From Prorocentrum cordatum (Eukaryota), in the NCBI GenBank assembly GCA_963575745.1, contig CAUYUJ010000019.1, positions 1 to 64,000 of the forward strand: a stretch of DNA of 64,000 nucleotides. Direction: 5' to 3'. How positions within the stretch are numbered: the first letter of the stretch is position 1; each line of letters starts with the position of its first letter. Positions 27,201 through 36,905 of the stretch are shown here, piece by piece. Position numbers and translations under genes: made by a program. Under the pieces are notes generated by a model. It was given only the letters and a program-made list of their open reading frames with translations. It was not told the origin of the DNA and did not search any database.

Positions 27201-28325
27201 CCGTGATATTCGATCTTATTCTCGCTCGCCATCTTGATCTCAGCTCGATCGGGTGAATATTACTATCAAAAAGCACTGTGGCGGGATCGGCCGTTTTGAG
27301 TCATCTTGATATGCGCTGACGGTTTTCTGACCATAACTCAAGCTCTAGGGCAGCTCCAGAGCTAGTAAGCACAGCTAATGCATGCAGAATGATCAGGCGC
27401 GTTCGCCTGTTGAATCCAGAGAAACTCTCGGTTTTCTGCACTTAACTCGAGCTGTAGGACAGCTACAGAGCTGATATTTACAGGCACCAATTTATAATCA
27501 TCAGTTGCGTTTGTCTGTCGACTCCAGAGCTCTGAACTCGGCCTGCTGCCCGATCTAGAATCGCAAAACTATTCGTATCGTTCGAGTCGCTTGCGAGATA
27601 ATGTCGGTTATCTGGACTTAACTCGGGCTCTAGGGGCGCTGCATGGCTGGTAATCACTGGCATCGATTTAAAGACATCAGGCGCGTCCGCTTGTCGAATA
27701 CAGAGCTCTCAACTCTGTCTGCTGCCCGAACTAGGTCCGCGAAACTATTCCTATTGTTCGAGTCATCCTGAGAGGTGCTGTCGGTTGTCTGCACTTAACT
27801 CGGGCTGTAGGGGGGCTGCAGGGCTGGTAATGATAGCAGTCGATTTGCAGAAATCAGACGCGTCTGTCTGTCGCATTCAGAGATCAAAAACTGTTCACTA
27901 TGAGTCAGATTGTTGGTAAGTGCTGTCTGTTTCTCAACTTAAGTCGAGTTAGGAAGCTCTACGAGTCCCCCGGCGGTAACCAAGGTTGACGGTTTACCGC
28001 CGGCGCCCAGTTGGCAAGAAAAATCTCGACGGAACTTTTGGTGACTTTTGGTCGGTGATCAGGCGCGTTCGCCTGTTGAATCCAGAGGTCTGAACTCGGT
28101 CTGCTAGCCGAGCTAGGGTCGCAAACCTATTCGTAATATTCGAGTCAACTTGATACGGGTTGTCGGTATTTTCTACTTAACTCGAGCTCTAGGGCAGCTA
28201 CAGTGCTGGTAAGCACACCTATCGCACTGAGAATGATCAGGCGCGTTCGGCTGTTCGAACCAGAGGTCTGAACTCGGTCTGTTAGCCGAGACAGGTCCGC
28301 AAACCTATTCGTATTATTCAAATCA

Positions 28326-29388
28326 TAACTCGTAGAGCTTCCCTTAGCTAGTTATAGCTGGAAGCTAAGAGTAATTCCGGCGCGCTGGAGAGCTAGTTGG
28401 CAAGAAAAATCTCGACGGAACTTTTGGTGACTTTTGCTCGGTTGAAAATTTCGTTCTCGAAATTTGACAATTCGTTAGAGCTCTAGTATTTTTTCCCGTG
28501 ATATTCGGTCTTATTCCCGCTCGCCATCTTGATCTCAGCTCGATCGGGTAACTTTGAAGGCCAAAAAGCACTCTGGCGGGATCGGCCGTTTCGAGTCATC
28601 TTAATATGCGCTGACGGTTTTCTGAAGATAACTCGAGCTCTAGGGCAGCTACAGAGCTGGTAAGCACAGGTAACGCATGCAGAATGATCAGGCGCGTTCG
28701 CCTGTTGAACCCAGAGGTCTGAACTCGGTCTGTCAGCCGAGCTAGGTTCGCAAACCTGTTTGTATTATTCGAGTCAACTCGATACGCGTTGTCGGTATTT
28801 TCTACTTAACTCGAGCTGTAGGGCAGCTACAGTGCTGGTAAGCACTGCTATCGCATTCAGAATGATCAGACGCATTCGCCTGTCGAATCCATAGGTCTGA
28901 ACTCGGTCTGCTAGCTGAGCTAGGTCCGCAAACCTATTCGTGTTATTCGAGTGAACTTGATACGCGTTGTCGGTATTTTATACTTAACTCGAGCTGTAGG
29001 GCAGCTACAGTGCTGGTAAGCACACCTACCGCACTCAGAATCATCAGGCGCGTTCGCCTGTTGAATCCAGAGCTCTGAACTCGGTCTGTTGCGCGATCCA
29101 GAATCACGAAACTGTTCGTATTCTTCCAGTCATCTTGAGAGCTACTGTCGGCGTTCTGCACTCAATTCGGGCTGTAGGGAGGCTGCAGGGCGGGTAATTA
29201 CAGGCATCGATTCGGAGACATCAGACGCGTCCGTCTGTCGCATTTAGAGGTCTGAACTCGGTCTGATACTCGAGTTGGGCTGAAAAACTATTCGTTCTCT
29301 GCAATTTTTTCCGACAGTATATGTTGTCAGGAAGCTCTACGAGTCCCCCGGCGGTAACAAAGGTTGACGGTTTACCGCCGGCGCCCAG
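28326..29388 (+). mobile_element. Full-length family A element (1063 bp) inserted into a monomer of another A copy
   Basis: Host ..AATCA^TCTAGATAGGCG (consensus GAGTCATCTTGATA) is split with no TSD. Both termini intact. Confidence 0.85.
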
Positions 29389-31598
29389 TCTAGATAGGCG
29401 CTCTCGGTTTCCTGTACTTCACTCGAGCTACAGGACAGCTACAGGTCTGATAGTTGCAGAAAACGATTCAGAATCATCAGTCGCGTTTGTCTGTCGACTC
29501 CAGAGCTCTGAACTCGGTCTGCTGCGCGATCCAGAATCACGAAACTGTTCGTATTCTTGCAGTCATCTTGAGAGCTACTGTCGGTGTTCTGCACTTATCT
29601 CGGTCTGTAGGAGGCTGCAGCGAGTAATCACATGAATCGATTCGAAGACATCAGACGCGTTCGTCTGTCGCATTCAGAGGTCTGAACTCGGTCTGATACT
29701 CGAGTTGGACTGAAAAACTATTCGTTCTCTGCAATTTTTTTTGACATTATATGTTGTCAGGAAGCTCTACGAGTCCCCCGGCGGTAACAAAGGTTGACGG
29801 TTTACCGCCGGCGCCCAGTTTGGTGACTTTTGGTCGGTTGAAAATTTTGTTCTCAAAATTTGACAATTCGTTTGAGCTCTAGTATTTTTTCCCGTGATAT
29901 TCGATCTTATTCCCGCTCGCCATCTTGATCTCAGCTCGATCGGGTAACTTTGAAGGCCAAAAAGCACTCTGGCGGGAACGGCCGTTTCGAGTCATGTTGA
30001 TATGCGCTGTCGGTATTTTGTACGGAACTCGAGCTGTAGGGCAGCTACAGAGCTTGTAAGCACAGCTATCGCACTCAGAATCATCAGGCGCGTTCGCCTC
30101 TTGAATCCATAGGGCTGAACTCGGTCTGCTAGCCGAGCTAGGTCCGCAAACCTATTCGTATTATTCGAGTCAACTCGATACGCGTTGTCGGTATTTTCTA
30201 CTTAAATCGAGCTGTAGAGCAGCTACAGTGCTGCTAAGCACACCCATCGCACTCAGAATAATCAGGCGCGTTCTCCTGTCGAATTCATAGGTTTCAACTC
30301 GGTCTGCTAGCCGAGCTAGGTCCGCAAACCTATTCGTATTATTCGAGTCAACTTGATACGGGTTGTCGGTATTTTCTAGTTAACTCGAGCTGTAGGGCAG
30401 CTACAGTGCTGGTAAGCACAACAATTGCACTCAGAATAATCAGGCGCGTTCGCCTATTGAATCCAGAGCTCTGAACTCGGTCTGCTGCGCGATCTAGAAT
30501 CACGAAACTGTTCGTATTCTTCCAGTCATCTTAAGAGCTACTGTCGGCGTTCTGCACTTAGCTCGGGCTGTAGGGGGGCTGCAGGGCGGGTAATCAGAGG
30601 AATCGATTCGGAGACATCAGACGCCTCTGTCTGCTGCATTCAGAGGTCCGAACTCGGTCTGATACTCGAGTTGGGTTAAACAACTATTCGTTCTCTTCAA
30701 TTTTCTTCGACATCATATGTTCTCAGGAAGCTCTACGAGTCCCCCGGCGGTAACAAAGGTTGACGGCTTACCGCCGGCGCCCAGTTATAGCTGGAAGCTA
30801 AGAGTAATTCCGGCGCGCCCCACAGCTAGTTGGCTCGAAAAATCTCGACGGAACTTTTGACAACTTTTGCTCGGTTGAAAATTTTGTTCTCGAAATTTGA
30901 ACATTCGTTAGAGCTCTAGTATTTTTTCCCGTGATATTCGATCTTATTCCCGCTCGCCATCTTGATCTCAGCTCGATCGGGTAACTTTGAAGGCCAAAAA
31001 GCACTGTGGCGGGAACGCCCGTTTCAAGTCATCTTGATACGCGCTGTCGGTTTTCTGAACATAACTCGAGCTCTAGGGCAGCTACAGAGCTGGTAAGCAC
31101 AGCTAATGCGTGCAGAATGATCAGGCGCGTTCGCCTGTTGAATCCAGAGGTCTGAACTCGGTCTGTGAGCCGAGCTAGGTCCGGAAACCTGTTCGTATTA
31201 TTCGAGTCATCTTGACAGAAACTTTCGATTTTCTGGTCTTAACTCGAGCTGTAAGACAGCTACAGAGCTGGCGAGCACACCTATCGCAGTCAGAATCGTT
31301 AGGCGCGTTCGCCTATTAAATCTAGAGGTCTGAACTCGGTCTGCTAGCCGAGCTAGGTCCGCAAACCTATTCGTATTATTTGGGTCATCTTGATATACGC
31401 CCTCGGTTTTCTGTACTTAACTCGAGCCGTAGGGCAGCTACAGAGCTCGTAGTCACAGAAATCTATTGGAAATCACCAGGCGCCTTTGTTCGTTGACTCG
31501 AGAGCACTGAACTTGGCCTGCTGCCCGAGCTAGGTTCGCCAAACTATTCGTATTGTTCGAGTCATCCTGAGAAGTGCTGTCGGTATTTCGTGCTGGGG

Positions 31599-31912
31599 AC
31601 GAACACACATACACACATATATATATATACACAAGAACGCACACATACGCCAGCAAGCTCCACACACACACGCACATATACACACACACACGCAAACGCA
31701 CACGCAACACATCCACACACAAAGGTCGACACACACGCGCACACGCACATCTCACACACAGACACAGAGGGAAGCGCACACGCACACGAATCACACTTGC
31801 ACATACACACACGGGGGCACACACAAACACTCACACGCACACACGCACACACACACACACACGCACGTACAACCCACGCACACAGACGCACACGCAAGCA
31901 TCCAGGGAAACC
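31599..31912. repeat. Degenerate (CA)n/(TA)n microsatellite-rich insert within a family A copy
   Basis: Interrupts GCTGGGG^GAGGCTACAG, which is uninterrupted in sister copies at about 15400 and 23480. Confidence 0.9.
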
Positions 31913-32615
31913 GAGGCTACAGTGCTGCTGGGGACAGCAATCGATTTCGAGACATCAGGCGCATCCGCCTGCGAAGAGCAGAGTTCGGAACTCGTGTGCT
32001 GCCCGAATTAGGTCTGCGAAATTACTGTATTGTTGGAGTGATCCTGAGAGGTGCTGTCAGTTTTCTGCACTCAACTCGGGCTGTAGGGGGGCTGCAGGGC
32101 TGGTAATGATAGAAGTCGACTCGCAGACATCAGACGCGTCCGCCTGTCGCATTCAGAGGACACAAAATATTTACTATGAGTCGGAATGTTGGTAGGTCCT
32201 CGGTGTTCTCAACTTCAGTCGAGCTGGAAGCTCTACGAGTCTCCCGGCGGTAACCAAGGTTGACGGTTTACCGCCGGCGTCCAGTGGTATGAGAGATAGA
32301 GGAATTCGGCGACAGGGTGGAGCTAGTTGGCGAAATTTCGACAAGAGACACCATCATACCATCCGCGGTCTGGCTCAGCCGATTTTCAAGCTCTAACCAT
32401 TCGTTTAGGCTGATAATTGCGCAGAACGAAGCTTTGTACCACAGAAGTTGCCTCTCAAATTCTCAGCTCATTCCGTCGACAAATTCTTCTCAGCGAAGCC
32501 AGAAACCAGACTTCAGATTGCCATAAAAAAATGAAAAATTAAAGGTTTAAGCATATCTACTGCGAACTGTTTCGATTATGGGCGCTCTTAAGGGAGAGGA
32601 GCTCTACGAGGTTCC

Positions 32616-32624
32616 TGGCTCAAG
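32616..32624 (+). other. Relic dinoflagellate spliced-leader 3' end (TGGCTCAAG) at the LINE 5' junction
   Basis: Exact match to the last 9 nt of DCCGTAGCCATTTTGGCTCAAG, located precisely at the insertion boundary. Confidence 0.65.
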
Positions 32625-32804
32625 GGCTCCTGGATCCCACAGGGGCTCAGGGGGTGTCGGCGTCGCGGGGAAGCGACGCGGCGGCCATCGCCGCCATCGA
32701 CGAGTACGGCATCTTCCAGGCAAGCTAGGCCGCCTGCTTTGTGTGCTGTAATTGTTGTTGTTTTGCTTGTCGTGTGTGCAACGACGGACGGGTACGACTT
32801 TTCA

Positions 32805-34355
32805 ATGCTTGCTAGACGTTTCCAGCTGGAGGATATTTCCCCGACTGTACCTTATTTGCAGTACTCACAGGATTTCGGACAGAGACCAGATTCTGCTGTG
32901 GAGAGAGCGTCTCGGAAGAGGCAAATTCAGGATACCGAGCAAATTGTACGTGACCTTCCACTGGACGGGAGATTGAATACGGCCGACTCCACACCAGATA
33001 GTGATAGTCATTGTGTTGTCCCATCTTCATTTGTGAATATGAATACAGGACTCATGAATATGATGCAGACTCCTTCCAACGCAACTGTGGCGGGAAATGC
33101 AATCAACGGAGGGCGTGTGGGAGGGGCTCCAGCAGGTCAGGTCAATCCTGGAGGTCAAGGATCTGGAGGCGCTCCTGTTGTTCCTAGAGGCCCAGCTCCA
33201 CAAGGTGCTCTAGGGGGACCCCCAGGTATGCCCACGGAGGCACAACAAGCGGCGGCCCAAGCGGCTGTTGTCCCTGAAGGTGTTGGAGAGCGTCAGGGTA
33301 TGCAGGGCGTTAGCGACGACGCCCAACGAAATGTCAAACATCGTGTCAACGGTCCTCAGGAGGCACTCTTGGGGGAACTCGAGGAGAAACGAACGAAACT
33401 CAGTGTGGTCTCGGATGAGGCCCCATCCTGGTTCAAGGCCTTCGCGGAGCTCAACGTACTCGAGAGCAAAGTTAGGCAACAAGAAAACGTCGAAATTAGG
33501 GCCGACATTCAGAGCATCTCGAACCGTCAGGAGGCCTCCGACATCAGGATGAACAACTTGGAACGACAGATGCAGGACCTCAAGAAGAACCCCAGTGTGA
33601 TATCAGGTGCTGCCTCGACCACGGCACCTTCCTACGGAGGGGGCCCACCAGGACTCTCGGGACCATCCAGCTTCAATCCCAGCTATGTGGAGCTCACAGG
33701 CTGGACTGACTGGAACGGGACAGCGGTTACACGTTCGGCCAGTATGATGAGAGACACGGACGCTGCACAATTCATCACAAATCTGAAGACGGCCATCGCT
33801 GCAGAGGATGAAGCTAGGATCGATTACGAGGGCACATTACGTATGAATGGAAGTAGAATGATGTTGAGTACGATCAAAATCAAATTCATTGTAGGAACCG
33901 ACTCTTCGACACTATACAACGTGAAGCGTGCTTTTGATGATGCTCTAACTCCGAATCCCCAGAGGAATGCGGCTCAGGTTTCGAGGTCACCTCCAGACTA
34001 TGACAGCATGTTCCAGGGCATGTTACAACGACCCAGTCGGGTCCGAGTACGTATAGAAGCTCCACCATGGAAACGTGATCATATCGGAGCTGTGGGACGC
34101 TTCTACGGGACATACCGTGAGTGTACCAACAGTGAGGCCATGGAGATCAGGGGGGAGACAGGATCGGGACCCAACGGACGGAGCACAATGTGGACCAAGC
34201 CGCAGGATCCTCAGCATCGACCCGTGGAACTGGCATCCTTTCGTATCAATACGGGGTGGACAGTGGACCGCGAGATCTGGGAGGGTGTACTTATGCGCAG
34301 CGGTGTGACGACGACATACGACACATTTGTTGCGAGTCTTGCCGGCAGGGTGTGA
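32805..34355 (+). CDS. LINE ORF1 protein (Gly/Pro-rich region, predicted coiled coil, C-terminal globular domain)
   Basis: Long ORF (open from 32739, first ATG 32805) upstream of ORF2. Heptad-like segment ISNRQEASDIRMNNLERQMQDLKK. True start uncertain. Confidence 0.75.
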   Translation: MLARRFQLEDISPTVPYLQYSQDFGQRPDSAVERASRKRQIQDTEQIVRDLPLDGRLNTADSTPDSDSHCVVPSSFVNMNTGLMNMMQTPSNATVAGNAINGGRVGGAPAGQVNPGGQGSGGAPVVPRGPAPQGALGGPPGMPTEAQQAAAQAAVVPEGVGERQGMQGVSDDAQRNVKHRVNGPQEALLGELEEKRTKLSVVSDEAPSWFKAFAELNVLESKVRQQENVEIRADIQSISNRQEASDIRMNNLERQMQDLKKNPSVISGAASTTAPSYGGGPPGLSGPSSFNPSYVELTGWTDWNGTAVTRSASMMRDTDAAQFITNLKTAIAAEDEARIDYEGTLRMNGSRMMLSTIKIKFIVGTDSSTLYNVKRAFDDALTPNPQRNAAQVSRSPPDYDSMFQGMLQRPSRVRVRIEAPPWKRDHIGAVGRFYGTYRECTNSEAMEIRGETGSGPNGRSTMWTKPQDPQHRPVELASFRINTGWTVDREIWEGVLMRSGVTTTYDTFVASLAGRV

Positions 34356-34421
34356 CGGTGCAGAGGTGCCAGTCGGGCTGGTGGCCCCACAGCCCAGCAT
34401 AGGCTAGGCACCCAGAATCTT

Positions 34422-36905
34422 ATGAAACAAGGGGCTACAGCAGATCGGGGATTTGCTTGCATGAGGGCACTTCTTTCTCACGGCTGTGAAGTGTTCTGTT
34501 TACAGGAGTGTGAACACTTACCGTCCAATTCAATTCAGCTACTTGGCTGGCACCTAGTTTACTCAAGTGACAGGAAGGCTTCCATAGCTTTGAGGGGGAA
34601 GTCTTGTCACAACATAGTTCGTTCTTGGAGTAATCATGCTCGTCTTGCTATGGTGTGCTTGCGTCATCCGTGTATCTTTCTTGTCTCTGCGTACTTTCCG
34701 AACAGATCGGAGAATCGTTCATTGGAGGTGGCTTTTGAGATGCTGAAAACAATCGAAACAACTTATCGGAGGTGGAAGGAGGAATGCAGATACACTTGCG
34801 AGCTTGTGATTGCAGGGGATTTTAATGTTGAGCTTGCGCCCGACATCACCTGTTCAGGAGGCACGGTGACTGGAGGTGCTGTGCAGATTCTCGACGGGAG
34901 GGGATATGGGAATGATACGGAGGATAGACGGTGGGAGGAGGACATGTGGCGATCTCAGCTGCAGGAGTGGCTGTGTCGGATGCGCTTGCTGGCAGTCAAT
35001 TCTCTTGGCTCGCCGTACTCTCGGCAGCCGACTTTCGTGCATCGTGCGAACAATGCTCGACGCAAGTCTGGGGCGACGACTTTTGCGCCAAAAGTGCTTG
35101 ACTATCTCATGGTCCCACAATCTTGGGAGGGTGACTTGGTTGAATGCCGAACGGATTGGATCCCAGAGACCCCGACTACCAACTTCTCGGATCATGCCTG
35201 TGTCTACGCCGAGTTCCATATGCAGAACCCTCAGGTCACGAAATATCAGGGCCCCCCTAGCCACCACACAAGCCACAAAGAGTTCCAATCGTATCGGGAG
35301 GAGGCCCAATTTCAGGTCCTGGCGGACGTCCAGATCCCGACGGTGCCCCCACAGCGTCTTGCTGAAACGATTGCTGGTCATGCGTTACCGCTCCTCACGG
35401 TGAGGGCCCCCAGGTACTCTCGAGGGCTTCCGCCGAGTAGGACTCCCCAGCATGCCGAGCTGGAGGTACAACTCAGAGAGGCACGTGCTAGGAAGGACAG
35501 AGCGTTGGCTCGGGACCTTCGACGTCGCATCAGACCGCTTGCGCGGGAATATCGCCGACGGAAGGTGGAGTGGGAGGCGCTACCATCTAGGAAGGGGAGG
35601 AGGACACGTGTGACGGAGTTGAGGGTGACGGACACTGGGGGAGGGGATACGGGGCCTACGACTATGATGACGGAGGACAGGGAACTGTGGGCGGAGGAGG
35701 TGGAGCGATATGCTGTGCAGAGTATGACTTGTGATGACTCCAGAGCCCGCAATCGGGAGCTTGTGTCCACACTGCGTCGCCATGCATCTCAATCAACAGC
35801 CTCTTCGGACAACACACTTACGATTACATACTCTACTATTCTGCAGGCGCGGAGCAGGCTCCGATCAGGACGGGCCTGTGGGCCCGACGGCATCTCGGTT
35901 GAACTTCTCAAATCTCTTTCGTGGAGGTCGGTGCGCTCTATCTGTAAGGTTTTCTCTGATATATTCAACGGGCTTCGCCCGACGCCAAGGGAATGGCAGG
36001 AGGTATATCTAACACTTATGCCGAAAACGAGCAAACTGGAGACATTGCGACAAACAAGGAACCTGCTTGTTGGAAATACCTTGGCCAAGTGGTATCTCAC
36101 GTGTGTGACGATTTTACTGGAACGATGTGTGGAACCCTTCATGAGTGATATGGCGATTTACGGTTTTACCAGCGGACGACGCTGCTGGGAGATTTCATCG
36201 GCCATGAAATGTATTGCACAACATGCTTCCACATGGGGGCGAGATCAAACGGCGTGGCTCCTCAGCTGTGACATCGAGCGGGCGTTCGACGCTGTGACGT
36301 TGCCGACAGTCTCGAGAGCGATGACGGCCCTTGGGATCAGTGCACGGTTACAGTATGCGTTATTGGAGCCTCTCTCATCTACATCATGCACGGTGCTGTT
36401 TGAAGGAGTGACAATCCCTAACGTGCAATGGGATAGGTCGCTCCGTACTGGGGGTACCGAATCACCGATCGCGTTTACTATTGTCACTATTGCTATGTGG
36501 CGGGATGTGATTGCTCGCCTGGACCAGCGCGGCGTCGGAGTCGAGATGCCATGCCATGATGATCATTGCCGGTATGCACGTTGGAATCACGCGCTCTGGG
36601 CTGACAACATTTTCCTGGCCGCCAAGTCAGCATCGGAGGCGCAGTTAGCGGCCACTGCCTTCACTACTGCTCTCAGGGATTGGGGGATGGAGTGGAAGGA
36701 GGAGAGTCTAGAGATGATGGTGTGTGGTACTCAGTACACTGATACGGTCACGGTTCAGATTGGCTCGCGGACTGTTCCTTTCAAGCGTGTTGACAGTTTG
36801 AATGTGCTGGGGTATCAGATTCCCAGGAGTTTCACTTCTGTTCACACGGATGTGCAGGAGCGCATCCAGCAGGCCCGAAGGGCATTCTTTGCGCAGGTGC
36901 AATAG
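34422..36905 (+). CDS. LINE ORF2, N-terminal part: APE endonuclease + reverse transcriptase
   Basis: APE motifs CLQE, SAYFP, IAGDFN, LDYL, FSDH. RT motifs GPDGI, DIERAFDAV, LRTGGTESP, WADNIFL, LNVLG. The frame is open from 34356 and includes the APE N-terminal LGTQNL. Ends at in-frame TAG 36903-36905. Confidence 0.9.
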   Translation: MKQGATADRGFACMRALLSHGCEVFCLQECEHLPSNSIQLLGWHLVYSSDRKASIALRGKSCHNIVRSWSNHARLAMVCLRHPCIFLVSAYFPNRSENRSLEVAFEMLKTIETTYRRWKEECRYTCELVIAGDFNVELAPDITCSGGTVTGGAVQILDGRGYGNDTEDRRWEEDMWRSQLQEWLCRMRLLAVNSLGSPYSRQPTFVHRANNARRKSGATTFAPKVLDYLMVPQSWEGDLVECRTDWIPETPTTNFSDHACVYAEFHMQNPQVTKYQGPPSHHTSHKEFQSYREEAQFQVLADVQIPTVPPQRLAETIAGHALPLLTVRAPRYSRGLPPSRTPQHAELEVQLREARARKDRALARDLRRRIRPLAREYRRRKVEWEALPSRKGRRTRVTELRVTDTGGGDTGPTTMMTEDRELWAEEVERYAVQSMTCDDSRARNRELVSTLRRHASQSTASSDNTLTITYSTILQARSRLRSGRACGPDGISVELLKSLSWRSVRSICKVFSDIFNGLRPTPREWQEVYLTLMPKTSKLETLRQTRNLLVGNTLAKWYLTCVTILLERCVEPFMSDMAIYGFTSGRRCWEISSAMKCIAQHASTWGRDQTAWLLSCDIERAFDAVTLPTVSRAMTALGISARLQYALLEPLSSTSCTVLFEGVTIPNVQWDRSLRTGGTESPIAFTIVTIAMWRDVIARLDQRGVGVEMPCHDDHCRYARWNHALWADNIFLAAKSASEAQLAATAFTTALRDWGMEWKEESLEMMVCGTQYTDTVTVQIGSRTVPFKRVDSLNVLGYQIPRSFTSVHTDVQERIQQARRAFFAQVQ

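Larger units (their letters stand above)
1..32284 (+). mobile_element. Cluster of nested/tandem non-autonomous Helitron2/Helentron-like (HINE/DINE-1-like) elements, families A, B, C
   Basis: About 28 family-A 3' termini (GGAAGCTCTACGAGT-CCCCCGGCGGTAA..GGTTGACGGT-TTACCGCCGGCGCCCAG) plus B and C termini, all on +. 5' heads TAACTCGTAGAGCTTCC / TACCTCGTAGAGCTC are the reverse complement of the 3' subterminal motif. Internal 178-bp tandem monomers, no coding capacity. The Helentron assignment is structural inference. Confidence 0.8.

Noticed and set aside
31453..32195. His/Thr- and Cys/Val-rich ORFs
   Set aside because: These are translations of the (CA)n tract.
1..32284. Many short recurrent ORFs in the repeat array (e.g. 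MLFGLQSYPIELRSRW..., MTDIAGELS...)
   Set aside because: They recur only because the DNA is repeated. Stops and frames vary between copies and no domains are recognisable.
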